Positions 50,101-63,469 of a stretch of 64,000 nucleotides of DNA are shown piece after piece; position 1 is the first letter of the stretch, and every line of letters starts with the position of its first letter. Source of the DNA: Raja brachyura (Eukaryota); the NCBI GenBank assembly GCA_963514005.1, contig OY740803.1:15562001-15626000 (forward strand), written 5' to 3'. The notes beneath the pieces are model-generated. The model was not told where the DNA came from. It searched no databases and saw nothing but the letters and a program-made list of their open reading frames with translations. Position numbers and translations under genes: made by a program.

Positions 50101-53100
50101 CTGTGCCCAGTGAAACCACATGTGCAACTAAGTCCGTCTTACGTTCTTCATGAGCACCAAGGTTTCTCATCTGCTAACTTTGCCAGTGCTATTAAAAGAA
50201 TTCAAGTCGGCGTTAGACCATGGGTTTTGTTGTAATTGCTTTGTGGTCTAAAAAATAGAGGTAATGCTTCACTTAGAGGAAGAAAACGAAAATCAGAAAA
50301 TCACGGATCAGGTTAAGAGGCATTGATCAGCTTGGTTGGGTTGCGAATACAAACAGTTGCTCGAGACATCGGGACAGTGAAAAAATATATGACTTTAGAA
50401 TGTCTGTTCCATGCATCATATTGTCTGAAGAAAATAAGAGAAATTTCTTAATCAGCTAAATAGATGCCATTATTTACTAAGCCTCTTCTTAAATTCCTTA
50501 TTGATCTCTAGTTTTATTACATGAGATCCAGATTGGTTTTTAAATGGTGCACAACATTAATTACTGGTTAATGAAATTATCTAAACCTCAAACCCAGCCT
50601 TTCATGCATTAACTGTGACTTCTCCAAATCATGTTTCAAAATATATGTCACACTTGCCACGCCTCCAGACACTTGAGACTCATTCCACACTCCTCCCCTG
50701 AGCTATTAGGAATTACACCTGCATTTAATCTTCTCCCCTATTCTATCACTTGGTAAAAATACCTGAGATCATGACCAATTGGGTGTTGACTAATCAGTTC
50801 TGCGTTCTGTCAGTTCCAGGTCCATATCTTTCGGTTCCATTTGTGTTTGGATTTTGGGTTTTCTTCAGTACTTCTCGGTGAGCCTGCATTCGAGTCCTTT
50901 CCATTTCGGAGCCTTCTGACAATATATGAGATTCTGAGATGTTAAAGTTTACTTATGGTGTTTTGACTTCTACCTTAAACACATGAGCATGTATCAGTAT
51001 CCATCTAACATTTGGCTTCTTCCTGCTTTATGTATAGGAAGGAACTGCAGATGCTGGTTCACACCAAAGATAAACACAAGGTCAAGGTCAGGCAGCATCT
51101 CTGGAGAAAAGGAATAGGAGATGTTTTGGGTCGCGACCTTTCTTCATTCTCAACCCAAAACGTCATATATTCCTTTTCTCCAGAGATGCTGCCTGACCCA
51201 CTGAGTTACTCCAGCATTTTGTGTCCATTCTGCTTTCTAGTCTGCTGTATTTTAAGAATTAATGCAGCAGGTACATGGAATGAGTAACTTCCCATCACAG
51301 AAATTGCTGGAGTTTTATGGGAGCCATTCTAGCCGCCTTGAGGTCCGTCACTAACTATATATTTTGCTCTGAAGTGCTTTAATAACATGGCCAAGGGGGT
51401 CTGAAGAAGGGTCTCGACCTGAAAGTTACCTATTCCTTTTCTCCAGTGATGCTGTCTGACCTGTTGAGTTACTCCAGTTTTTTGTCTATCTTCAAGGGGT
51501 CTATAATAGCCAGGCACCAAAAGAACTTCCATATGATTCCTTCTATAACACAATTAAATCTCTTATGTCACCTAGACTCTCTGCTCTTGAGTGTCTCATC
51601 TGAAGGGCATCACCAACAATGCAGTGGCCCACTTGAAAGATTCACTGGGATTATATGCTCAGGTGTAGCGTGGTGAGTGTTTGAATTCACAACCTTCAAA
51701 TATTAAGCTATAATTTACCATTCGTAATAGATTCAAAATATTGAAGACATCACCCTGCTTTGTTTTAAGGTAATATTTTGATGAAACTTTGCAAGAATTT
51801 GGTGGGGATCCTGTCTATGACATTTTGCCTCACTTATTTCTATTATTTCCTCCATCAATCTTAGTTTGATTGGCCCAAAACATCAAATTGAAAGCCAAAA
51901 AAAAGACATCCAGTGCTGGAGTAACTCAGCGGGCCAGGCAGCATCTCTGGAGAACGTGGATAGGCAATGTTTCAGGTTGGGACCTTCTTCAGACCTGGAC
52001 CCCACCCAAAACGTTGCTGATCGATGTTCTCCAGAGATGCTGTCTGATCTGCTGAGGTACACCAGCACTGTGTATTTTTTTTGTAAACCAGCATCTGCAG
52101 TTGTTTGTCTAAATTGGCAGCCAAGCTAACAGTTATACCCTGGAGCTCAAGTGGTTATGTATAAAATGATCTTAGTGTCAAGACACAGATTAATAGCATG
52201 ACTTGCTTTCAGATGGGGCGGTTAGGAGGCAGAATGTATCCTTTCTCATATGGATTTCACAAACTTCCAGGTAGTAGCAGTGGTGGCAGTGGTTTCATTA
52301 TCATTTGTTCTATTGGCTCTTGATTCTATTTTCAAAAATGGTGCAAGTTCTAGGGAGACTTAAAGTGAGAAAAGTGAGCAAAATCCGTAAAGTTTTATTG
52401 CAGATTTATTCAAAAGTGCCATAATTTAAAATGGTTATGATGTTGAAATTTAATATGAAAATAATGAATGCAAAAGTATCTTCCTGCTGATGCGGATTAA
52501 TGGAATCTTTAAGAATATAAGAATAAGAATAAATAACATAAATATCTGTGAAGTGCAGTGAGGAAGTAAAATATATATTTTTTTACATTTTCACTTTTTT
52601 CTACTTAAACTACTAATTTCAGATAACTAGTTTGGGAGAGCTAGATTGTGTTGGACTAATCAAGAGTATGCTTTACTACAGCTTCTTTTAAATAAAGAAT
52701 CAATATTCATTTAAGGTAATATCAAGGAACTCCGGATGCTGGTATACTGTATACCAAAGAAAGACACAAAATGTTGGAGTATCTCAGCGGTTCAGACAGC
52801 ATCCCTGGAGAATGTGGATAGGTGCCATTTCGGATCGGAACCCTTCTTCGGACTGATTGTAAGGGGAGATGGGGGCTAGAAAGAAAGCTAAGAGCGAGGA
52901 GGGTTAGCACAGAGCATGGCCCTTAATAGGTGAATGCAGGCAAGGGCTTTTTTTATTGTTGGACAAATGTTAGAGATGTGGAGATGGGTGTGAGCCTGAT
53001 AAAAGCATAAAGAGTTGTGGATTGTTAAACTCGGGGATAGGAAAGTTGCAAATTGTGCATCCATTGGAAACTGAGCAGGTGCAGGTGGAGGGAGTGACGA

Positions 53101-54475
53101 GAAATCAGTGTGAGGTCGGACAGGGTTCAGGCGAGGTGGGGAGGGGGATGAAGAAATGAGGGGGAGGGTCTCTTGGCAGAGCGGGGTAAGGAGTCTGTGT
53201 GGGAAGGAACTGCAGATGCTGGTTTACACTGAAGATAGTCACAAAATGCTGGAGTAACTCAGCGGAACTGGCAGCATCCCTGGATTGAAGGAATGGGTGA
53301 CGTTTTGGGTCGAGACCCTTCTTCAGTCTGAGCAGAGCTTTTGTGGGTTAGTTAGTCATTTCACCAAACTATTATTAATTTGTTTGCTCTGACAATGACA
53401 GTTTTGGACAGAATATAAATTTACAGCATGCAGTAGAACTTATTTATTTCAGGATTTAAAAAAAAATTGATGGTTAGTTCCTTGTGTCTCCATAGGGGAA
53501 AACATTGAATTTTTAAATACTATGTTGCTCACGTGGCACTTCAGAAAAATCTCATTAGAATGTTTATTTTTGTGATACTCATTTTCAGTTGTACAAGTGA
53601 AACCATGCCAAGTTGATGATATTAAGTTTATTATTGAGTATTTTATAAAAGCATATTTTAGAAAGAATTTCCAAAGTTCATTAGTTCATAGCAGATTTCA
53701 GATTCGGTGATCTGCAAGTCCTGCCTTCTCCCCAAAACCCCTGACACCCGTACTAATCAAGAATCTGTCACTCTCTGCCTTAAAAATATCCATTGACTTA
53801 GACTCAATCGCCATCTGTGGCAATTAATTCCACAGATTCACCACTCTCTGACTGCAGAAATTTCTTCTCATCCCTGTTCTAAAGGAATATCCTTTTATTC
53901 TGAGGCTGTGGCGTCTGGTCCTAGACTCTCCCACTAGTGGAAACTCCTCCCTAAATCCACTCTATCTAGGCCTTTCACCAGCCCTTTCAACTGTCACCAA
54001 ATTGGAATCTGCCATTAAATGAATCTAACAAGAGGCAAGCAAACACCAGAATGAAACTAATCCCTGAACCTTGTTTCTGGAAGCTTCTTTGAAACAAAAA
54101 TTGTTGCTTAGATTAATTATTTCATCAGATGAAGATTCTTTAACTTCAATAGAGCGATAAGGCACATTGTTCAAAGGAACCAGCAAAAATTAATTCATTA
54201 ATTTCCTGCATCAAAGATGAAACAGCAAAGTGGATTGAAGAAAATAATTTTTGTTACTTAAGTTTTAATGGTCCAAGGAGCCTGGCAAAAGACCAGTACA
54301 GTTTAGTGTTTTGTCTTGTTAAAAGCAGTGTCCCAACTAGACAATAAAACCCTGTCCCAACCTGTATATTTGGTAACGTTACTTAGATATGGTTCTGATC
54401 AGTCATTTTTCCAGCTAAAATGAAATGAAAACCACATGGCTGGACCAGAATTTAGCCAGTACTAATACACATCAT

Positions 54476-54800
54476 GTTTAGTTTAGTTTAGTTTTACACA
54501 TACAGTGCGGAAACAGGCCCTTCGGCCCACTGAGACTGCACCGACCAGTGATGCCCGCACATTAACACTATCCGACACGCACTATGGGACAATTTTACAT
54601 TTATACCAAGCTAATTACCATACAAACCTGTACGTCTTTGGAGTGTGGGAGGAAACCGAAGATCTCGGAGAAAACACATGCGGTCATGGGGAGAACATAC
54701 AAACTTCCTACAGACAGTACCTGTAGTCGGGATGGAACCCGGGTATCTGGCGCTACAAGCGCTGTAAGGCAGCAACTCTACCGCTGTGCCACAATGCTGC
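54476..54800 (-). mobile_element. Full-length SINE
   Basis: Tail, body and head. Confidence 0.8.
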
Positions 54801-55609
54801 CATGTGTCTTTCATGTGATTTCACTCTTAATGATATATGCGGATACATTTGTGTTCATGTAGTTTAACTGATATCATATGTGTGCAGCATAATCATTAAG
54901 GCAATTTTGAATATTATTTTCCTGTTTGTGAACAAAACCTGTGTTTTCAGGATGGCACACCCAATGTTGAAACCGCAGCCCTCATTAAACCTGTTGATTA
55001 GCTGATCAGAAGATTAACTTCAATATACTAAAATAAATGCCTGTTTTCACTTCCCAAAAGAAGAACGTTCCAATGCATCTACAGACTGATATTGCTGTAA
55101 ATCTGAAAAGAGAACAGAAAATGTTGGTAGCACTTAGCAGGTTGTGTGGAAGAAATGGTTAACGTTCTGATGAAGGATCTTCGATCGAAACATTAACTCT
55201 GTAGTGTAGTTTAGAGATACAGTGTGGAAACAGGCCATTCGGCCCATCACGTCTGCACCGATACACCGTCACAATCCTACACACAAGGGACAATTTACAA
55301 TTTTTACCAAAGCCAATTAGCCTACAAACCTGTATGTCTTGAGAGTGTGATAGGAAACTCGAGCTCCTGTGGGTCTTTGATGATGCTGGCTGTCTCTTTG
55401 AGGCACCACCTTCTATAAGATGCCTTTGATGCTGGGAGAATCCATAGCTGTAATGGATATGCAATATCTACCATTCTATGTTCCTGGGCGTTTGAGTTGA
55501 GGAACCAGGCTGCGATGCAATCAGTCAGTGTGCTCTCTACCATACACCTGTAGAAGTTCGATAGAGCATTTGCTAGCATACTAAATCTCCTCAAACATCC
55601 AAGGAAGTA

Positions 55610-56445
55610 GAGCAATTGTGAACTTGCCAGCAGCGGTACAATTAAAAATAGAACACACAATGCACAATAAAAATTTAACACAAACATCCAACACAACATT
55701 CATCTCCTCCTCCATTTTCAACCGTGGTCGGGACCACAACCCTCCACAATCGTCGCCGCGGGCAACCAGATGTGCAGACAAGGTAAGTCCTGAATCGGTG
55801 CTTCCCTACCGGAGACCGCGGCTTCAAGATGGTGTAGGCCGCAGACCGGCGGTCGAAGATCTAAAGTCCCCGCCGCACCGTAGTTAGAAGCACTGCAGAT
55901 CGCATGGCCGGCAGCCAGAGTTCTTCTCCACGGATCCCCAATGAGGGATCCCGCTCCGGATGGTAAGTCCCCGCGGTTAGAAGTAGGCCGCGGACTGGCT
56001 GTCGGAGCTCTTCTCCTCCGGGTTCCCCAATGAGGGATCCCAGGCTCCGGACGCCGAGCCAGCTGCTGCTCCGCAGACCGCGGCCCCAGGCTGCTGCGGG
56101 CCAGAGAATGGAGCACTCTTCTCCGGCGACCCCCGGCAAGGACTCGCCAGCTCCGCGATGAGAGGTCCACGCTGCGCCCGCTGCTGATGCTCCGGGCCTG
56201 ACTCCGGGAAAGATCGCACTGATCCTTTGTGTTAGGCCACGAGGGATGCGACATGGAAAAAGTCACCTCTCCATGGAGGAACCGACAAAAGCGGTTTCCC
56301 CCTTACCACCCCACACTACCCCCCACACAAGACACACAGAGAAACATTAAAAACACACATAGGGACATACTAAAAAAACATTAAAGTGGAAAAAACTAAC
56401 ACTCTGTTGGCAGGGCAGTCGGCTCGCTGCGCCCCCACCGACCGG
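55610..56445 (-). mobile_element. Unclassified GC/CpG-rich retroposon with internal repeats
   Basis: 5' GCCAACAG motif and ATGGAAAAA block as in 29281-30247; internal duplications (CCCCAATGAGGGATCC x2). Confidence 0.55.
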
Positions 56446-57174
56446 ACTGAAATGAATTAATAACTGAGTTTCTGTAAATATTTTGATATTTTCTCAGTTA
56501 CATCTTTACATAGAAAATTCAGTTACTGACTTTTGTAAAAATATATATATTTATCAATAAAGAAAATGCTGCACTTTAAATTGTTTTGATACCTGTGTGA
56601 CCTACCCTGAATACAAAGGCTGAACTTCAAAGATTTGCTTCTCACCTTCAGGGGAAGAGAGTATCATATGATAAGCATGAAAGCACATACACTTTGATCA
56701 AAGAGACCGTCCCAGTTTTGCAGGGATGTGCATGCAAGAGGCTTGAGGGATCCAATCCAGGCAACTCTTTCATAAATCACCGGTAGACTAATTAACTGTT
56801 GCATAACTTAATTTAAGCATTGTAAAAATAAGACAAATTTCTAGTTATCTTGAACAAAAAAGTCAGCAAACATTTTGTCTTTTCATATCTGGCCTTTGTC
56901 CAACCATTTGACAATCAACTCCCTCCCCAACCCCCCCCCTCCCCCCCCAATCCCTCTCAACTGTATCCATCTATCACTTGCCACACATTATCCCCGCCCC
57001 TCTCTTCCAGCTTTCTACTCTCTATTACAGTAAGTCTGAAGAATCACGACCTGAAACATTGTCTGAACATGATCTCCAGAGATGCCTCCTGACCCACTAA
57101 GTTTTCTCCAGTGTATTTTTTAGCTTAATTCCCAGATTGAACAGCTTGGTTGATCGCACCTGTAGGTTCAGAAG

Positions 57175-57453
57175 GGGCGGCAAAGTGGCATATTTGGTAG
57201 AGCCGCTGCCACACAGCACCAGAGACCTGGGTTCGATTCCGACCTCGAGAACTGTCTGTGTGAAAATTGCACTTTTTCCTTGTGTCCACGTGGGCCTGGG
57301 TTTCCTCCCACATCCCATAGAAGTACAGGGTTGCAGGTTAATTGTCCTCTTTATATTGTTCCTAATGTGTAAATTGGGATAACATAGAACTAGTGTTAAC
57401 GGGTGGTCAATGGTCGGATGGACTTGGTGGACCGAAAGGTTTGTTTCCACGCT
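57175..57453 (+). mobile_element. SINE
   Basis: B-box GGTTCGATTCC, body and tail. Confidence 0.75.
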
Positions 57454-57832
57454 GAGTCCCTTCCGGAGGCTCTTGCAGAGATATTGACATCATCTTTAAA
57501 ACAGGTGAAATTCCAGAAAATTGGAGGGTGACTAATCGCCGTTGTTTAAGAAGGGCAGCAAGGAAAAGCCCGGGAATTACAGGCTGTTGAGCCAAATGTG
57601 AGAACGTTGTTGGAGGAGATTCGTAGGGGCAGGATTTACCAGCATTTTGGAGTGATTAGGGATAGGGTTTGGAAATATCAAGAGAAAAAATGGAGTTTGT
57701 TTCAGCTGCAAGCTGCCATTGTTCCTGTAATCTTCAAACTACCTCATTGAAGGAATAGCATGTGGCATTAATGCAAGTCATATTTCATATAGCATCTCAC
57801 AGTTGAGCCATAAGATTAGAGTACATACTATA

Positions 57833-58264
57833 GTAGGCCCTCCTCGCTCATGACTGACCATGGGTGATGCATCCTGGTCGGATGCAAGCCTGGGCGATGT
57901 CATATGGAGGACAGGCTGGTGCCCATGCAGCACATCCCCCCTCTCCACGTCGCTGATTGATCCAAAGGAACAGCAGGGCCATTACAGTTTGGCACCAGCG
58001 CCGTCGCAGGAGCTGCCAGAGCGAGGTTGTAGACCACGATGAACTGCCTTAGTGGCTCCGACTCCGGATTTTCTTGATTTACTCCTGGAGCCTTTTCCAT
58101 GACTGGATATGGCCACAGGGCAGTGGAGGTTTTAAATCAGAGTTTTCCCTCTCCTCGATGGACTGCCTTCCCAGGCTGACAAGCCCCATCAGCCCAAGAC
58201 TCGTGGGGGTGGGAGCGTCTACCTTCCCGTGCAGGTCTATAGCACCTGAGCTGCCCACTGCCCA
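57833..58264 (-). mobile_element. Bipartite RTE-derived non-autonomous retroposon
   Basis: RTE 5'UTR-like blocks (TTTCCCTCTCCTCGATGGACTGCCTTCCC; TCCAAAGGAA..GTTTGGCACCAG) joined to an RTE-like 3' end with a (CTA) tail; TSD AGTACATAC(T/C)ATA at 57820-57832 and 58265-58277. Confidence 0.7.
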
Positions 58265-60210
58265 AGTACATACCATATTAAGACAATTAATTTGTGGTTA
58301 TGCTCTTTTGACAATGATAGTGCGCGTACCTTTCAAAGTGCGCAGTAATATTTGGCTGCTGTCACTGTGGAGCTTTGACAGAAGATCATTCACTATGTGT
58401 TGGAAGGAACTGCAGATGCTGATTTATATCAGAGACACAAAATTCTGGAGTAACTCAGTGGGCCAGGCTGCATCTCTGGAGAAAAAGGACAGGTGACGTT
58501 TCAGGTTGGAGCCCGTCCTCACTATGCTCTTATTTGGTATCCTGACAAACTGCAAATAAAAACATGACGCAGGAGTCAGAACTTTCTTTCCCCAGCTTAT
58601 TTATACGTTTTTTCTTTCGCAGTAATTTATCCAACCACTGAGATAACCTGTGTGAAACTTAATGAGTCTGAAGAAGAGTCTCGACCCAAAATGTCACCTA
58701 TTCTTTGAGGCAGCACCTCATGTAAATGTTTTTGATAGTGGAGGAGATGTACCAGTGTTGGACCGGGCTGACTCCAGCACTCTCTGCAGCCTCTTGTGCT
58801 CCCGTGTTTTAGAATTGCCAGTCAAGATACTTTATACAATGCATCTGCAGATGTTGGTTAGAGTATGCAGAGAACTGCTGAATTTCTTTAAACGTCCAAG
58901 AAAGAATAGTTACTGGCATTGCCTTCTTTGTGATTATATCTATATGCTGGGCCCAGGAATTTGAAGCAGCTTGCTCTCTCTTCCGCCCACCCACTAACAC
59001 ATACAGGCATCTCTCCTGAACTTCCTCTTCTAGAAACCAACCATTGGTTCCTCAGCTTTGTTAACAAGATATTGGTGGCTCATCCCCCCACCCCCCCGGC
59101 TCTGTCTTTCCACTGAATATACAGTTTATTTCCAAACGTATACCTTCAAAGAAAGCAACAGTCAATACTAATGAGTTAATTTGGTAATTGACTTTATTAG
59201 CAATAAGATTTTTACCTGTAAGCTATTTTCAGCTCTGATTCAAAGTAAAATGAAAGAGGAATCACATTGGGGACAGTATTTGTAGCAGGTGTGAAATAGC
59301 GAAGAAGTCTGCATATTTGTTTCGTCTTAAAATTAGCAGCAACGTTAAAGAGGCAACTACAGTATGTCCATTAACATAGTCAGCAGCAGCATTTTTTTAA
59401 CTGAATGTTTCCAGCCAAAACTTTAACTTTAAACACCATTATGCTAGAAATGGTACATTCAATATTTTTGTGTTTATTTCAAGCTTTCCCGTGAAGTGTG
59501 GCTGTTTCCTTGTGTTTGCACGCAAGTACATAGCATAGCTTTAAATGTGAGCACAACAGGTTCATTCTTGGCAAGAGTGCCTTAGCCACGTGTCAAGCAA
59601 TGCCAACTCTGCCATGTCATATTTCACAGGGAGTAGATTATTTCTGAAATTTACCGTGTAATAGTAGAGCAAATATGACCTTGTTCCCATATGAATCTAT
59701 ATTTAGTTTTGTGTTTAGTTTTTTCTTGTGGTGTTAATGGAGAGTAACAAGCACTTTACTTAAACAAACATATAACTCTTACGCTCATGTGCATGTTTCA
59801 TGTGCACAGAATGTGTGTATTAAAGGTTTCCCTCCAAAAGCAATCAGAATGAAATAGCCCATGGAAGAATAAAAATGTAATCTATATTACTAAAAGTCTG
59901 ATCTTGACCGTTTTTGGCTCGCTGTGCTGTGATTTCCGAGAGAACGCCGTCACCTACGACTGTCATTTTTGGCCAGCTGCTCAGAGCCCCCCTCCACCTT
60001 CCAGGATCAGAGGATTTTTCCTATCGATGAAAAATCAGAGAGATATTAATGGGAGGGAGTATAAAACCAGGAAGTGGTGTGCCTCACTCAGTCTCTGCAA
60101 GATGGAGGAAGCCAGAGGTCCACGTCTCTCTGAGCTCTGAATAGCACTGAACACATGTCTACTCAACTGTGAGTGCCCTTAATGTGGTTTGAAAATGAAA
60201 ATATGGTCGG

Positions 60211-61365
60211 TTTGAAGTTAAAAGACACTTCTGCAAATGGTTTGAAGTTAAAAGACACTACTGCAAATGGTGGCTTGGGAGCTTTGGGCTGAAGTTAAAA
60301 GGCACTACTGCAAATGGTGACTTGGGTCTTTGGGCTGAAGTTAAAAGGCATTACTGCAAATGGTGGCTTGGGTTCTTTGGGCTGAAGTTAAAAGGCACTA
60401 CTGCAAATGGTGGCTTGGATGCTTTGGCTTGAAGTTAAAAGGCACTACTGCAAATTGTGGCTTGGATGCTTTGGCTTGAAATTAAAAGGCACTACTGCAA
60501 ATGGTGGCTTGGGTGCTTTGACTTGAAGTTAAAAGGCACAACTGCAAATGGTGGCGTGTGCTTTGGCTTGAAGTTAAAAGGCACTACTGCAAATGGTGGT
60601 TTCGGTGCTTTGGCTTGAAGTGAAAAGGCACTACTGCAAATGGTGGCTTGGGTGCTTTGACTTGAAATTAAAAGGCACTACTGTAAATGGTGGTTTGGGT
60701 GCTCTGGCTTGAAGTGAAAAGGCACTACTGCAAATGGTGGCTTGGGTGCTTTGGCTTGAAGTGAAAAGGCACTACTGCAAATGGTGGCTTGGGTGCTTTG
60801 GCGTGAAGTTAAAAGGCACTACTGCAAATGGTGGCTTGGGTGCTTTGGCTTGAAGTTAAAAGGCACTACTGCAAATGGTGGCTTGGGTGCTTTGGCGTGA
60901 GGTTAAAAGGCACTACTGCAAATGGTGGCTTGGGTGCTTTGGCTTGAAGTTAAAAGGCACTACTGCAAATGGTGGCTTGGGTGCTTTGGCTTGAAGTTAA
61001 AAGGCACTACTGCAAATGGTGGCATCGGTGCTTTGGGTTGAAGTTAAAAGGCACTACTGCAAATGGTGGCTTGGGTGCTTTGGCTTGAAGTTAAAAGGCA
61101 CTACTGCAAATGGCGGCTTGGGTGCTTTGGCTTGAAGTTAAAAGGCACTACTGCAAAAGGTGGCCTGGGTGCTTTGTGTTGAAGCTAAAAGGCACTAGTG
61201 CAAATGGTGGCTTGGGTGCTTTGGCGTGAAGTTAAAAGGCACTACTGCCCATGATGGCTTGGGTGCTTTGTGTTGAAGTTAAAAGGCACTACTGCCAATG
61301 GAGGCTTGGGTGCTTTGTGTTGAAGTTAAAAGGCACTACTGCCAATGGTGGCTTCGGTGCTTTGG
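60211..61365 (+). repeat. 47-bp tandem array (~24 copies)
   Basis: Unit TGAAGTTAAAAGGCACTACTGCAAATGGTGGCTTGGGTGCTTTGGCT, preceded by a 30-bp truncated unit. Confidence 0.95.
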
Positions 61366-61431
61366 GTAACTTCCTGTTTGCACTGTATATTGATTTTAGA
61401 GAAAATGAAACTGCATTTGTAAGTGGTGGCG

Positions 61432-61713
61432 TTGCACCCTGCTTGAAGTGGTATGAAACTGCGCTGAATTTGGTGGCCTTGCACCCTGCTGAAAGTGGTT
61501 TGAAACTGCATTTGAATTTAGTGGCCTTGGATCCAGCTTGAAGTGGTATGAAACTGCACTTGAATTTGTGGCCTTGTACCATGCTTGAAGTGGTTGGAAA
61601 CTGCACTTGAATTCGGTGGCCTTGCACCCTGCTTGAAATGGTAAGAAACTGCACTTGAATTCGGTGGCCTTGCACCCTGCCTGAAATGGTAGGAAAATGG
61701 ATTTGAATTTGGC
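61432..61713 (+). repeat. ~48-bp tandem array (~6 copies)
   Basis: Unit TGCACCCTGCTTGAAGTGGTATGAAACTGCACTTGAATTTGGTGGCCT. Confidence 0.9.
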
Positions 61714-62124
61714 CATGAGTCAACTGCCAACCCACCAGCCGTGAGTGAGCTGCCAGCACATCAGGCTTAAGGGACTGAGCTGCCACCCCAAGAACCCATA
61801 CCAGCGCTCCAGAAAGCCCCCCCACTGGCCATCAATATTGGAATTGGTGGAGAAGTGGAATATTGCGTTGGGAGGCTAGCCCTCCCATGTGATCAAGGGA
61901 CCCAACGGGTCCCACTTAGTCTAGTATAATTCTAAAAATGTAATTGTACTCAGTGTGTGGGGAATATAATAGATCGCTTACTATGTAAATTAAAGACACA
62001 CATGCTCTATCTTATTGAAAATAAAAGACACAGAGTGCTGGAGTAACTCAGTGGGTCAGGCAGCATCCCTGGAGGACATTTCTTGTGACGTTTCGGACCT
62101 TCTCTTCACTACCCTCTCAGGACC

Positions 62125-62310
62125 ATTTTTTATTTTCAACTGCTGGATCAACATCAACAGTCTTGACTACCCTACTCGCCTTACCGACTCCAATCTCACC
62201 CCTTCTGAACGCACAGGATTCCGCTCACTGAGCACCAATCCCAACATTGTTATTACACCCGCCATCAAGAGAGGTGCCAGTGTTGTCTAACGGGCTGACT
62301 ACCACCGTGT
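62125..62310 (+). mobile_element. Penelope RT N-terminal remnant
   Basis: 'SNLTPSER..RSL..NPNIVITPAIKRGASVV' is a decayed NL..E..AL..L...IVIKPADKGGAVV motif. Confidence 0.7.
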
Positions 62311-63469
62311 AGCCTGCATATCCTATCTTCATAAACTTCAATGATTCAACAATACTTTATTGTCACATGTACCTACAATGAAATTCTTTGTCTTTGCATA
62401 CAATCCAGTGAAATCATACAGCAAACTTCACCCAGGCAGCACACGAAGAGCCGCCACATTTCTGGCACCAAACAAGTTCTTAGTATAATCTTAGTATATA
62501 ATCCTGGTTCAGCAGTGAACCAGTCCTGCCACCACATATGGCCACAGACAGCCCGCAGTGCCCCTCTTTGTTCTCGGCAACCTGTCCGCCAGGTTGTTCT
62601 CGGTGGTTCTCCGCTGGGCACCTCTTTGATCTCGGTGACTAGTCCACCGGGCACCTCTTTGTTCTCGGCAGTTCCCCGGCGGTTTCCTCTTGGCAGCCTG
62701 CTGGTCGATCAACTCCATGGAGCATCCTGGGAGTCTTCTGCCAGCTGTGCGGCACATCCCAGGGGTCTACTTCAAACCATCGCCTTTATCTCTACTTGCT
62801 CTCTGTCCTCTTCAACATTGACTGTCCACCATCTAATGAAAGATCTCCATGGACAAAACCCCAAGATCCCCAAGCCTTAGATCCCAGACAGTTTGTGCCG
62901 CTGAAAGTCTGCTGGAGTTTTCAATTATTGCAAATAATCTAACACATGTAAGGACAATTGAAATTGATGAAAACATTTTATTGAAACATAATTAAATTAA
63001 TGATAATATAAAAAGAACCATGAATTAAAAATACAGAAAATAAACAAAAAATCTTTTAATTAAGATCAGTCGCTCCATTCAAACGGGAAAGGTCATTCTT
63101 GATCTGGGGCAATGACCAGATGCCAAGCTGAGAGAGGCTGGGTATATATTTTAAGTAGTCCCATCATTTTGTGAGGTGTCAGAGGGTAACCGGCAGTATA
63201 TTCCAGCTCATAATCCCAGAATGTTCATTTCAACAACTGCTTATTATTAGCTTTGCTTTAAAAATATGCAGGCCATTTTTCTATTCAACTTTAATGGCAT
63301 TTTATACAATTTCCTGCCTATTCATACCTAAACTTTGTTTACTTTTAGTTTCACAATGTGTTTTGCTGCTTAAAATAGTATTACTGCGACAGTGAACTTG
63401 ATAGTGAATTTGTATGGTCATCTTCACCCATATTAATAATTCAGCCATTGGTCAAGTTACCTGCATTTA

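Larger units (their letters stand above)
59881..61924 (+). mobile_element. Non-autonomous Helitron
   Basis: 5' end A|TCTATATTACTAAAA; 3' hairpin GGGACCC-AAC-GGGTCCC (61897-61913) followed by CTAG|T; inserted between A and T with no TSD. Confidence 0.85.

Noticed and set aside
55718-56266. 182-aa ORF, and similar ORFs at 49267, 61289 and 62341
   Set aside because: These arise from GC-rich or tandem repeats and show no domain motifs.
58140-58264. HDV-like ribozyme at the RTE 5' end
   Set aside because: I could not build the nested double pseudoknot by eye.
60211-61713. CRISPR-like array
   Set aside because: Units are head-to-tail with no unique spacers, there are no cas genes, and the context is eukaryotic.
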